Below the pieces are notes generated by a model that ran no database searches, was not told the origin of the DNA, and saw nothing but the letters and a program-made list of their open reading frames with translations. Shown one piece after another: positions 52,901-61,286 of a stretch of 64,000 bases of DNA; the first letter of the stretch is position 1; each line of letters begins with the position of its first letter. The position numbers were made by a program, and so were the translations under genes. The stretch comes from Candidatus Hydrogenedentota bacterium (lineage in GTDB: Bacteria; Hydrogenedentota; Hydrogenedentia; Hydrogenedentales; JAEUWI01). Location of the stretch: assembly GCA_016182605.1 (NCBI GenBank), contig JACPGE010000004.1, positions 1,402 to 65,401 of the forward strand, read 5' to 3'.

Positions 52901-53853
52901 AATGGCTACAGAACTTCCCCGATCATCCACAGGGATACCAAGTGGTGGCGGCGCTCGTGGCGGCAAATCAGGGGGACGAGGGCATCAATAGAATTGCCAC
53001 ACAATGGCTAAAGGACTTCCCTGAACAGCCACAGGCATACCACGTAGTAGCGGCGCTCGTGGCGGCGAACCAGGGAGACGAAAGCACCAAAATATTCGCC
53101 ACCGAGTGGCTGGACGAAAACTCCAATCATCCGCAGATCCATAAAGTGATCGTGACCTTGATCTCAGCGTGGCCCGATGATCCAATGGTCGAAAAGACCG
53201 CCACCGAATGGTTGTCCAACAACGAAAACCATGCGGGATATGTCGAAATGCTCTCCACAATCATCGCTCGAAGCGTTGGCGCCGAGAAGTGGCTGCGCTG
53301 CGGTGAAGCCTATCTCGCTCGGCCCAATTGCCGAAACCCAGAGGGAATCATTTCCGTCCTGGTAACGGCCGGAAAAGCCAATGCAGACGCCGTTGACCGC
53401 GCCCTTGACTACTTCGACGCTCCTTCAACACCGAAAAAATCCGCCAGCTTCGTCAGAATCCAGCTATCGAAGGCGTTGGCCAATAATCTAGAGAACACGG
53501 TAGCCTACCTCTACGGCGTACTGAATGAAGAACGCAATCGCTTCATATGCGATACTCTGGCATATGGATTGGCCCAGAATCCAGAGGGATTCGCAGATTT
53601 CATCGAGGTCCATGCGCCCGACCTCATGTCCGAGTATGAGCAACGCATACTCTGCAAACTGATTCTCCTTAAGCAAAGTACAGACGCATTCGATGAATGG
53701 GTTGCCACCTGGCTCGTACGAAACTACCGTCGCCCAGGCTATGGTGGCGTCCTGCAAGCCATCCGCAATCGTCCGGCCCTGTGGGGGCGGCTGATCGAAC
53801 TCAACGCCCTCAATTCCGAAATCATTTGGGACTACGAACACCCGCCGATCTGA
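49984..53853 (+). CDS. Large P-loop NTPase with an unassigned about 290-aa N-terminal domain and a C-terminal array of 34-aa helical repeats (STAND-like architecture; candidate defence or signalling protein)
   Basis: Walker A WISGRSGEGKSVLLLQL (about aa 303). Walker B FAVIDDIYD (about aa 361). The C-terminus has about 10 tandem 34-aa units (IIGIATEWLQNFPDHPQAYILIATLVAANQVNED). The N-terminal domain (MGGIWALSGFSFQIAIF...DLLCPQDRRYLLVQVKRT) matches no family I can name. Confidence 0.6.
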   Translation: MAMTQQPDTLHALIGQWRAKHNKRAMGGIWALSGFSFQIAIFLVHFFDTVGRENEDPQQLPEFEQLSDLLCPQDRRYLLVQVKRTLNRTRLKEALKEFYTILALSREETPTLTSQLRFQVACKYRPSPSLTPSDITMEEVVDNGDPETWQLLIRAFDEENPIIEEPDPLDKLYAVLWTHGIKNRAGLIEHCAGRLLESFGNPGPNVRHSLLRDLESLFHDAPRREGWTSEFKLLLGNDVALDPSHEGSLEVLTGQLPRLEHLRKGMFRERKALFSNLWEQFNSWQTQLEEQDLGDETPIFWISGRSGEGKSVLLLQLVAECIRKHGDIPLLHLKSGEDLPLFLDHAPKRTSMNDQVFGRYFAVIDDIYDLRNRDDWADRIRRARALEIPPVAIITCGPTEQREQFENSLKDEFRVVHFEVPLLDQSEMEDFIEWYENRTGKVCERSVFSEQNPLLVLFMFELARGEKISAFAKRIKRRLEAMQIFEAARAIAATWALYIDAPIALLEDQEKRDALDRLCKDDQLHFRISYSEDGSTEEGVRFAHAHIAWLLYTEWAELPPTPFAKSWARDLDRSLGLWESQGNYAGASILLHRAFRETRLANGLYVELNTDHCQLLQELYRLHCQRNANQPLQTLMPRWLEMLCKSRGLVLKPDPVLATLKAMEDESAVSSVQGYTVGWLWRLTALRPPTEQGRIRNMVQRFLDQFPEAPGSGTVVGQISKSNQSDQQIHQWVLSWIQENPLNPQTVLTLSPMLASHSGNHELIDVAKTWLSKYPELPQAHWLIARLVACNPGDEIVKNIATDWLKGFPEHPQAYQVITALVRARPGEKNVVDIAKKWLNDFPKHLHAYNLIAALVAANQVNEDIIGIATEWLQNFPDHPQAYILIATLVAANQVNEDIIGIATQWLQDFPDHPQGYQVVAALVAANQGDEDIIGIATQWLKDFPDHPQAYILIATLVAANQVNEDIIGIATEWLQNFPDHPQGYQVVAALVAANQGDEGINRIATQWLKDFPEQPQAYHVVAALVAANQGDESTKIFATEWLDENSNHPQIHKVIVTLISAWPDDPMVEKTATEWLSNNENHAGYVEMLSTIIARSVGAEKWLRCGEAYLARPNCRNPEGIISVLVTAGKANADAVDRALDYFDAPSTPKKSASFVRIQLSKALANNLENTVAYLYGVLNEERNRFICDTLAYGLAQNPEGFADFIEVHAPDLMSEYEQRILCKLILLKQSTDAFDEWVATWLVRNYRRPGYGGVLQAIRNRPALWGRLIELNALNSEIIWDYEHPPI
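52265..53280. repeat. Tandem 102-bp (34-aa) intragenic repeats. Central copies are near-identical in DNA.
   Basis: For example, the unit starting at 52570 recurs exactly at 52876 (306 bp = 3 units away). The repetition creates artefactual ORFs in alternate frames. Confidence 0.85.
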
Positions 53854-54396
53854 CGGATTCTCTTTTAAGCCAACCCGCGCAATTCACCGTTGCCTGCCGC
53901 CACGGCAAAAAGAAGTAGGCCCAAATCATTGGACACCGAAATCGGATTGTTAGATGAATCCGCTCTGAAATGGCGCTAACTTTTCGTGCGGTATTGAGTT
54001 CGGATGCAGCTTTCAAGATTTTCTACTTGTTTGATAGGGCGCAGGCGGGTACTTCGACGCGGAATGCCTACGCTCATCGAGCGAAGGCCTACTTTAACGG
54101 CGTGCCTGATAGTAGCACACCGAGCGGCGTGATTGGGTGAGGCGGCAATAGTTGGCGCCATTCAATCCGCTCTGGGTTTCGACTGCGGCTTTGCCGCGCC
54201 TTCACCGTTCGCGGATCTTATTCTCAATTCGAATCGACAGGTCACCAGCCCATCGACCCCATGCGACCATCGTCTGAGCGCGCGGGAAGATCCCGGAAAT
54301 GGAGACAAAATCATGATAGACATGCGGGCGGCGCTTGTATTGTTTTTCGAGTTTTTGCTACGGTGTTCACTCCCGGAATCCAAAAGGAACAAGCCC

Positions 54397-56478
54397 ATGC
54401 TGCCATTCGCCTGTCGGCTTCTCACCATCACACTGCTCATCACTGCCACCGCCGCTGCGGAAGATCTCGGCGAACTTCCGTTTCCGTTGTGGAACGTTGT
54501 GCCGCTTCTGAATGACGTGGACGATCCCCGCGCGGCCTTCCGCCGCCCCGAAGGGTCGCTGCCCATCGTCGTGCCGCCGTTTGTGGAGCATGTGCGCGTC
54601 CAGGTTCCCGAGGGCCTCGCCGGCATGCCCCTGGTTGCGATCCGGCTGGAGGGAGATAGCGTGGTGGCGCAATCGAAGGAGCGCAACTATACGCGCATGG
54701 ATGCCGACAGCACGCTAAGCGAGATGACCGAGGCGCCCATGATCAAGCAGGACCCCGCCGTCGCCGCGTTTGGCGATGCGGCGCGGGCCGTGGCGAACGT
54801 GGGGGGGAGCATGTGGCTTGCGACGGCCACCGGGCTCTACGTGCGGGCGGCCGGCGCAAGGGACTTTGCGCGCTTCGAGACCTACGGGGTGGGCGGGCCG
54901 CTCTCGACGGACATCCGCGATCTCGCGGTCGATTCGAAAGGCACGCTCTGGATCGCGACGTCTCTTGGACTCAATGCGCTGGACAGCAGCGGCGCCTGGC
55001 GCGCCATTCGCGGTCGCGACGGCCTGCCCCAGGAAGACCTGACTGCGATCGCGATCGACGGCGAGGATCGGCTCTGGATCGGCTCCACCGCGGGACTCAT
55101 TCTCTATGTTCCGAACGCCACGGACCGCCAGTGGTACTACCGCGCCGGCGAACGCTACGTGCCCAACGACCTGATTCACGATGTGGCGGTGAGCGCGGAC
55201 GGCCACAGGGTCTACACCGCCACGGAGGGTGGGCTTGGCCGGCTCGACCTGATTGGCACGACCCTGTTGGAACGCGCGGAGAGGATCGAGAAGCGGGTGA
55301 ACGAACGGCACCGCCGCTTCGGGCTGGTGGCGGCGTGCACGCTTGACGATCCCTGGAACTCCACCGCGCACACGATAGGCGACAACGACAACGACGGTCT
55401 GTGGACTTCGTACCATGTGGCGGCCATGGCACTGGCCTATGCGGTAACCCGGGACGCAGCCGCGAAGGCTTCGGCCAAGGAGAGCATGGACGCCCTGTAT
55501 ATGCTGCAAGACGCCTCGGGGATTCCCGGCCTGGTGGCGCGCAGTGTGGTCACCCTGGAAGAGGGCAAGAGCAAAGACAAGCAATGGCGCCTCACCCCGG
55601 ACGGGACCAAGTATTGGAAGAGCGACACCTCCTCGGATGAGATCGACGGCCACTACATGGCGTTTTATACGTACTGGGAACACATTGCGAAGCAGGACCC
55701 GGAAGAAGCGGCGATCTGCGTTGAACACGTGCGCAATCTGACCGACTACATCATCAAGAACGATTACCAGCTCATCGACTGGGACGGCAAGCGCACCCGG
55801 TGGGGCTTCTGGTCGCCCGAATTGCTCAACGATCAGCCGCAACATTTCACCGAAACGGGGCTGAACAGCCTGCAAATGCTGTCCTTCCTCAAGACAGCGC
55901 ACTACATCACCGGGGATGCCAAGTACCAGAAGCACTACATGAAATTGATCAAGGAACACCACTACCTCGCCAACGTACTGCTGGAGAAGAAGGTTTACCC
56001 CGATATGGACAACCACTCCGACAACCAGCTTGCCTACGTTGCGTGGTACCCCATACTCCAGGCGGAGCAGGACCCGGAGATCCGCGAGGCGCTCCACGCG
56101 GCGGTGCGGCGGCACTACAAGTGCCTTTCTCTCGATCGGACGGCCTTCTTCTACTACGTGACGGCCACCATCGATCCCGACTACGTGGACCTCGAGGCTG
56201 CCACCCATGAGCTGACCCTATTCCCGACGGATCGCCGTCAATGGGCCTACAAGAACAGTCATCGCGCCGACGTGGTGTTCAATCCGCGCGTCGACCGATT
56301 CGGCAAGCGCCAACTCATGACGGTGTTGCCCCTGGATGAGCGGGGCATCGACAAGTGGAACAGCAACGTCTATCTTCCCGACGAAGGGGGCAGTGGCAAC
56401 CACGAGGACGACGGCGCCGCGTATCTGTTGCCCTACTGGATGGGGCGCTACCACGGCTTCATCAAAGAAGCGGAATAG
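54397..56478 (+). CDS. Secreted protein with an N-terminal beta-propeller-like (two-component-regulator-propeller-like) region and a C-terminal (alpha/alpha)6-glycosidase-like region
   Basis: Signal peptide MLPFACRLLTITLLITATAAA. Reg_prop-like repeats (GTLWIATSLGLNALD, DRLWIGSTAGLILY). The C-terminal glycosidase assignment is weak. Confidence 0.4.
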   Translation: MLPFACRLLTITLLITATAAAEDLGELPFPLWNVVPLLNDVDDPRAAFRRPEGSLPIVVPPFVEHVRVQVPEGLAGMPLVAIRLEGDSVVAQSKERNYTRMDADSTLSEMTEAPMIKQDPAVAAFGDAARAVANVGGSMWLATATGLYVRAAGARDFARFETYGVGGPLSTDIRDLAVDSKGTLWIATSLGLNALDSSGAWRAIRGRDGLPQEDLTAIAIDGEDRLWIGSTAGLILYVPNATDRQWYYRAGERYVPNDLIHDVAVSADGHRVYTATEGGLGRLDLIGTTLLERAERIEKRVNERHRRFGLVAACTLDDPWNSTAHTIGDNDNDGLWTSYHVAAMALAYAVTRDAAAKASAKESMDALYMLQDASGIPGLVARSVVTLEEGKSKDKQWRLTPDGTKYWKSDTSSDEIDGHYMAFYTYWEHIAKQDPEEAAICVEHVRNLTDYIIKNDYQLIDWDGKRTRWGFWSPELLNDQPQHFTETGLNSLQMLSFLKTAHYITGDAKYQKHYMKLIKEHHYLANVLLEKKVYPDMDNHSDNQLAYVAWYPILQAEQDPEIREALHAAVRRHYKCLSLDRTAFFYYVTATIDPDYVDLEAATHELTLFPTDRRQWAYKNSHRADVVFNPRVDRFGKRQLMTVLPLDERGIDKWNSNVYLPDEGGSGNHEDDGAAYLLPYWMGRYHGFIKEAE
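54592..54798. repeat. About 205-bp direct repeat, right copy, inside the 5' coding region of 54397..56478
   Basis: See the left copy at 49600..49803. Confidence 0.8.
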
Positions 56479-56673
56479 CGGGCGGCGCGACGGCGGCAGA
56501 CTGAACGCAAATTCACACACCCGTGCCTGAAATGCCCCCCAATTGACGGCGGTTGCCTTTCCGGCCCCGTGCTGCTATCGTGCAGCCTCGGCAGTGCGGA
56601 CACAATATTTGGGCTAGTGCGGATGGCGCCCGATACAGGCGCCGTCCGCGACTTCAGGCAGGAGCATCGCAGC

Positions 56674-58089
56674 ATGGCGCATTCCAATGGGCAGGAATCG
56701 GACACTACGCCGCCACAGCGCCCGAGTCCCGAACGGGAAAGCTGGATGGACTGGCTCGCGCGCATCTCGGAGCGCCTGGTGCCGGATGCGTTCACCACCG
56801 CCATCGTACTCATGGTCATCCTCGCCGCGCTGGCCCTGTTCCTGGGCAATACGGTCACCGAGACGGTCGACGCCTACTACCGCGGCCTGTGGATGCTCCT
56901 CGCCTTCACCATGCAAATGACCCTCATGCTCACCCTGAGTCTGGTCCTCGCGGAGACGCGCCCCTTTAAGTTCAGCGTCGTCTATCTGTCCCGCATTCCC
57001 AAGAGCGCCACGCAGGTGGTCATCGGTGTGGTGCTGTGCACCGCCGTTCTCGCTTACAGCAACTGGGCCCTTTCCATTGCCCTCGGGCCGATGGTCGCCA
57101 TCCACTTTTGCAAGCAGGCCGAACGCAAAGGCATCCCGGTCGACTTCAACTGGATCATGGCCGTCATCGCGGGCGCGGGTTCCATCTGGCAGTTCGGCAT
57201 GTCCTCCACGGCGCCCCTGCAAATGACCGCCCCAGACAACTTCCTCGCGAAAACCACCGGCGCCATGCCGCTCTCCACGACCATCTGGAGCCCCGCCGCC
57301 CTGACCATGGTGATTTCATTCATCATCGTGACGGCCGTGGTTGGCGTGCTCTTCATGCCGAAGAAGGTGAAGCCCATCTCCCATTTCCAGGAAGCCGACA
57401 AGCTCGCCGAGGCCGCGATAACGGCCGATTACGTGCCACCCGCGACGATCGATCACGACATTTCCTTTGCGCAAAAGATGGAGCGCACCTCCATCACCCT
57501 CATCCCCATGTGGATTGCCCTGGGCGCCTGGATCTTCTACCACTTCGTGACGATGAAGGCCAGCCTCGACATCAACTCCATGATCACGATCCTGCTTCTG
57601 GCGTGCCTGCTGCTTCACCGCACCGTGGGGCGCTTCACCGAAGCCCTGCAACGCGTCATCGTCTCCACCTGGCCCGTCGTCGTCCTCTATCACCTCTACG
57701 CGGGCGTTGCGGGGCTCATCCAGTTCACCGACGTGGGCAATTACCTCGCCACCATGGTCGAACCCATTGCCACCCCCATGACCCTGCCACTGCTCACCGC
57801 GATCATCAGCACGGTCGTGGCGATCTTCATCCCCACCAGTGGCGGTCAGTGGCAGATTCAGGGCTTCGTGACCGTGAGCGCGGCCGAGGCCGCCGGTATT
57901 ACGGCCCAACGCGGCCTCCTCGCCCTCAGCGTGGGGGATCACATGGGGAATTTGATCTCGCCCTTTTGGACGGTCGTCGGCGCCGGCATCGCCCGTGTCG
58001 ATTTCCGCAAGCTCTTCGGCTACCGGCTGATCTTCGCGGCGATTTGGTTCGTCATGGGGGTGATCATCTTTACCTTCCTGCCCTGCTGA
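56674..58089 (+). CDS. atoE: Short-chain fatty acid transporter, AtoE family
   Basis: Recalled from memory, it aligns along its whole length with E. coli AtoE (LLAFTMQMTLML, IPTSGGQWQIQGFV, about 10 TM helices). Confidence 0.8.
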   Translation: MAHSNGQESDTTPPQRPSPERESWMDWLARISERLVPDAFTTAIVLMVILAALALFLGNTVTETVDAYYRGLWMLLAFTMQMTLMLTLSLVLAETRPFKFSVVYLSRIPKSATQVVIGVVLCTAVLAYSNWALSIALGPMVAIHFCKQAERKGIPVDFNWIMAVIAGAGSIWQFGMSSTAPLQMTAPDNFLAKTTGAMPLSTTIWSPAALTMVISFIIVTAVVGVLFMPKKVKPISHFQEADKLAEAAITADYVPPATIDHDISFAQKMERTSITLIPMWIALGAWIFYHFVTMKASLDINSMITILLLACLLLHRTVGRFTEALQRVIVSTWPVVVLYHLYAGVAGLIQFTDVGNYLATMVEPIATPMTLPLLTAIISTVVAIFIPTSGGQWQIQGFVTVSAAEAAGITAQRGLLALSVGDHMGNLISPFWTVVGAGIARVDFRKLFGYRLIFAAIWFVMGVIIFTFLPC

Positions 58090-58425
58090 GCAAATCGGCA
58101 CACGACACCCGCCAACGCACCGTCTGAACACGAAGGTGTGCCCCCGGCCTCAATTAAAAAGCCCCGGAGATCGACCAGAACTGGTCTGTCCATCTCCAAG
58201 CGCCGAGGGGGGGGGGATTAAACACGGCCTTGTCGCGGCGGTCCAATCCACATCCGAAGCTGAATCCAATCGAAGCATACCCGATGGCCCATATTTTGTC
58301 TATTTTATGGTGGGTCCAACAAAGCGCAAGCCACTTCGGATTTTTCCGCTTTTCATGCTACGCTATGGGTTTACGCTCTATGGCGTTCCCGCTGTACCCC
58401 AGATCCCCTGGAAGGAGAATTCGCT

Positions 58426-59226
58426 ATGACCGCGCGCACCCGTTCCCTTCGACTTGCCACCGCACTCTTGCCCGCAATCCTGCTTCTGTTTCTGCCGATT
58501 ACGGCAGGCGCCGCGGAAGGGGAGCAATGGATCAGCCTCTTTAATGGCAAGGACCTGGAGGGCTGGCACGTCAAGATCCGCTACCACGATTTCGACGACA
58601 ATTTTGGCAACACCTTCCGGGTGGAAGATGGGGTGATGAAGGTGGGCTACGAGGCCTACGGCAAGTTCAACGAGACCTTTGGGCACATCTACTACAAAGA
58701 GCCCTTTTCCAACTACCGCTTCCGGGTAGAGTACCGCTTCACGGGCGAGCAGGCGCCGGGTGGCCCGGGCTGGGCAACGCGCAACAGCGGCATCATGCTG
58801 CATTGCCAGGATCCCAAGACCATCGAAAAGGACCAGGACTTTCCGGTGTCGATTGAAGTGCAGTTCCTCGGCGGGGATGGCAAGAAAGAGCGCACGACGG
58901 GCAACCTCTGCACACCGGGCACCAACGTGGTGATGAAGGACAAGCTCATCACCCAGCACTGCACGAACTCCACGTCCAAGACCTTTCACGGCGACCAGTG
59001 GGTAACGGCGGAAGTGGAGGTGCACAACAGCAAGAGCATCAAGCACTTCATCAACGGCGAACTGGTGCTGGAGTATGAACTTCCCCAGCTCGACGAAAAG
59101 GACGCCTACGGCAAGAAGCTGATCAAGGACGGCGAACTGCTCCTCGGCGGCGGCTATATTTCGCTTCAGTCCGAGAGCCACCCGGTAGAGTTCCGCAGGA
59201 TCGAGATACTGCCGCTGGACGAATAG
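58426..59226 (+). CDS. Secreted DUF1080 (3-keto-disaccharide hydrolase-like) protein
   Basis: Signal peptide. WISLFNGKDLEGWHV...GIMLHCQ...ISLQSESHPVEFRRIEI is the canonical DUF1080 pattern. Confidence 0.8.
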   Translation: MTARTRSLRLATALLPAILLLFLPITAGAAEGEQWISLFNGKDLEGWHVKIRYHDFDDNFGNTFRVEDGVMKVGYEAYGKFNETFGHIYYKEPFSNYRFRVEYRFTGEQAPGGPGWATRNSGIMLHCQDPKTIEKDQDFPVSIEVQFLGGDGKKERTTGNLCTPGTNVVMKDKLITQHCTNSTSKTFHGDQWVTAEVEVHNSKSIKHFINGELVLEYELPQLDEKDAYGKKLIKDGELLLGGGYISLQSESHPVEFRRIEILPLDE

Positions 59227-59661
59227 CCAGGGGCATTGCCGGCATCCGTGCAATACCATGATTCCCGGGAGATGTGCCCAATGGGTTATCTCCCGGTTCT
59301 TATTTTTGAAAATACTGCCGTCAAGGCCCCCCATGGCCGGCGGCATGATTCCAGCCGGGGAAGCCCAGCCTGGTGAGTTGCCAGGGGGGCGTTTCGAAAT
59401 AGGCCCGCATCGGGAGACGTCGAAGCCACTGGAGCTTCTTCCCCGTAAGAGCCCATACGAAGGGCTCCAGCAGCGGCCCGGCGCAATAGAAGAAGCCGGC
59501 AATCGGAAAACACCCTGCAATTGCGAAAAACAGGCGCCCGTTTTGCAGAGGGGAACACCGCTCGTGACCTGCACGTGCCGCCCAGGCTCTCCCCACTCAA
59601 TCCAGATCCGTTCTGAAACAGCATGCTCGTAGACTAACTTAAGCCCTGTCAAAAAAATATC

Positions 59662-59691
59662 TTGACAGCGCAGAAATGTTCTTGATATAAA
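59662..59691 (+). promoter_or_regulatory. Near-consensus sigma70 promoter (TTGACA-N18-TATAAA) about 280 nt upstream of the C11 peptidase gene
   Basis: cTTGACAgcgcagaaatgttcttgaTATAAAag sits in an AT-rich intergenic region. An AAGGAG RBS at 59956 precedes the ATG at 59971. Confidence 0.4.
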
Positions 59692-59970
59692 AGTGGAAGA
59701 CTAGATGGGGCTCCAAGCCGATCCATCGAACTGCAAGAAGAGGTATGCGCGAGGTTCCGGCAGTGTCTCTCCGCGGCGCGCGCGGAGCTTATTCAACTAT
59801 GGAGGGGCAACTTTGGCTTCGAGCACACCCACGCACACGTAGCGGCATTTTTCCCGCTGGCGCCGGGATCCGAATCTGTCCAAGTTCATGACGGAAGAGT
59901 TGTGTCTGTTGGTGTCTTCCAAAACGTTTCCATTATTGACAAAACACCCGAAAAGTAAGGAGAAAAGGCC

Positions 59971-61218
59971 ATGAGTAACGAGACCCTTAGCGGCACGGCC
60001 CCATTTGAAATTCAACCCGGCTCCTACACCCATGCCATCCTCGAGGTCTTTGGTGGCGACAACAACTTGAACGATTTTGTCGAAGAAGATCTCCAGGAAA
60101 TGGCAGCGGGCATCGGCCCTTCGGTCATCGTGATCGCGCTGGCGGACTTCTATGGTCACGAGGCCGCGGTCGTGGAAGTCACGGCTGCCCGGGGCTGCCG
60201 CGTAGTGGAGTCCTGGGGCGAAATTGACACGGGCGATCCCGAGATTCTCGCCCACTTCCTGGCACGCGCACTCTCCACCTGCGCCGGCATCGGACATCTC
60301 GCGATCGGATTCTGGGATCATGGATCGGGCGTCTTCGATGAGCACGATCCGAACGAGGTCATCCTGGAGCGCCGGCTCCGATCGGTCACGCGGCATCGCC
60401 GCGCCCCATCGCGCGCGGCACGGCGGCTCTTCATCTCGCGGGGCGCGCTGGCCTCGAAACCCCGTCTCCGGGCCATGCTGCACGACGACACCAATGGCGG
60501 CGTCCTCACAAATGTCGAAGCCAAAAGCGTGATCGCCGCGGCCTTTTCCCGGGCCGGCCGCACCGCGCCGGTCGATATCATCTTTTCCGACACCTGCCTC
60601 AACGGCATGGTGGAAGTACTCGATCAGTTCAAAGACTTTGCGCTTGCAATCGTTGCCTCCGAAGATCTCGAACCGGGCGACGGCTGGGACTACACGGGCT
60701 GGTTTCAACGCATGGCGGCGGCTCCTGCCGCGAACGCCGACGCCTGGGCGCAGCAGGCCGTGGAGGCGTTTCATGCAGGGTATGACGGCCAATTCGGCGC
60801 CTATCCGTGCACTCTGGGCGCGTTCCGGTCGCGCCACGCGATGTCCGAGGCGTTTGCCGCGCTCCTGCGCGTCTGCGACAGCGCCGGCCCTTCGGCCTTC
60901 GACGCGCTCCGCGCGGCACGGGATCAATCCCAGGCCTTCGCGAACCGCGACACCTACGACATCCGGGATTTTGGAATTCAATTGCAGGCCGTCACAAGTG
61001 ACGCCGCCATCCGGAGCGCGGCCCAGAGTCTTATTGATGCGTTTGACGCCGCCTACATCAAGCATGCGGCGCTGGGTTCCCAGGTCGAGCAATCCAACGG
61101 CCTGGCCTTCTGGTTTCCGAACAACCGCTATGCCTTCAACCTGGTGAAGGAAACCTACCGCGAACTGGAATTCAGCAAGGCCACGGGCTGGACCGACTAC
61201 CTTCAATTGCAGTTCTGA
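59971..61218 (+). CDS. Clostripain-like cysteine peptidase, family C11 (caspase fold)
   Basis: Catalytic His in FWDHGSGV and Cys in FSDTCLNG, with spacing typical of C11. Confidence 0.55.
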   Translation: MSNETLSGTAPFEIQPGSYTHAILEVFGGDNNLNDFVEEDLQEMAAGIGPSVIVIALADFYGHEAAVVEVTAARGCRVVESWGEIDTGDPEILAHFLARALSTCAGIGHLAIGFWDHGSGVFDEHDPNEVILERRLRSVTRHRRAPSRAARRLFISRGALASKPRLRAMLHDDTNGGVLTNVEAKSVIAAAFSRAGRTAPVDIIFSDTCLNGMVEVLDQFKDFALAIVASEDLEPGDGWDYTGWFQRMAAAPAANADAWAQQAVEAFHAGYDGQFGAYPCTLGAFRSRHAMSEAFAALLRVCDSAGPSAFDALRAARDQSQAFANRDTYDIRDFGIQLQAVTSDAAIRSAAQSLIDAFDAAYIKHAALGSQVEQSNGLAFWFPNNRYAFNLVKETYRELEFSKATGWTDYLQLQF

Positions 61219-61286
61219 TTGGGAAGCGCTTCGATTGAAGCGCGGATGGGCTGTGTGCCGAAATCACATTCAAGGAGTGGGCTGCG

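Noticed and set aside
52494-52991. Repetitive 165-aa ORF in an alternate frame (…TRGGEPSKRGHHWN…)
   Set aside because: It is produced by the 102-bp tandem repeats read out of frame inside the NTPase gene.
54715-56208. 497-aa minus-strand ORF antisense to gene 54397..56478
   Set aside because: It is antisense to a gene with a signal peptide and domain repeats. Its composition is artefactual.
58378-59652. 424-aa minus-strand ORF overlapping the DUF1080 gene
   Set aside because: The DUF1080 reading frame is strongly supported. The opposite-strand ORF has no recognisable features.
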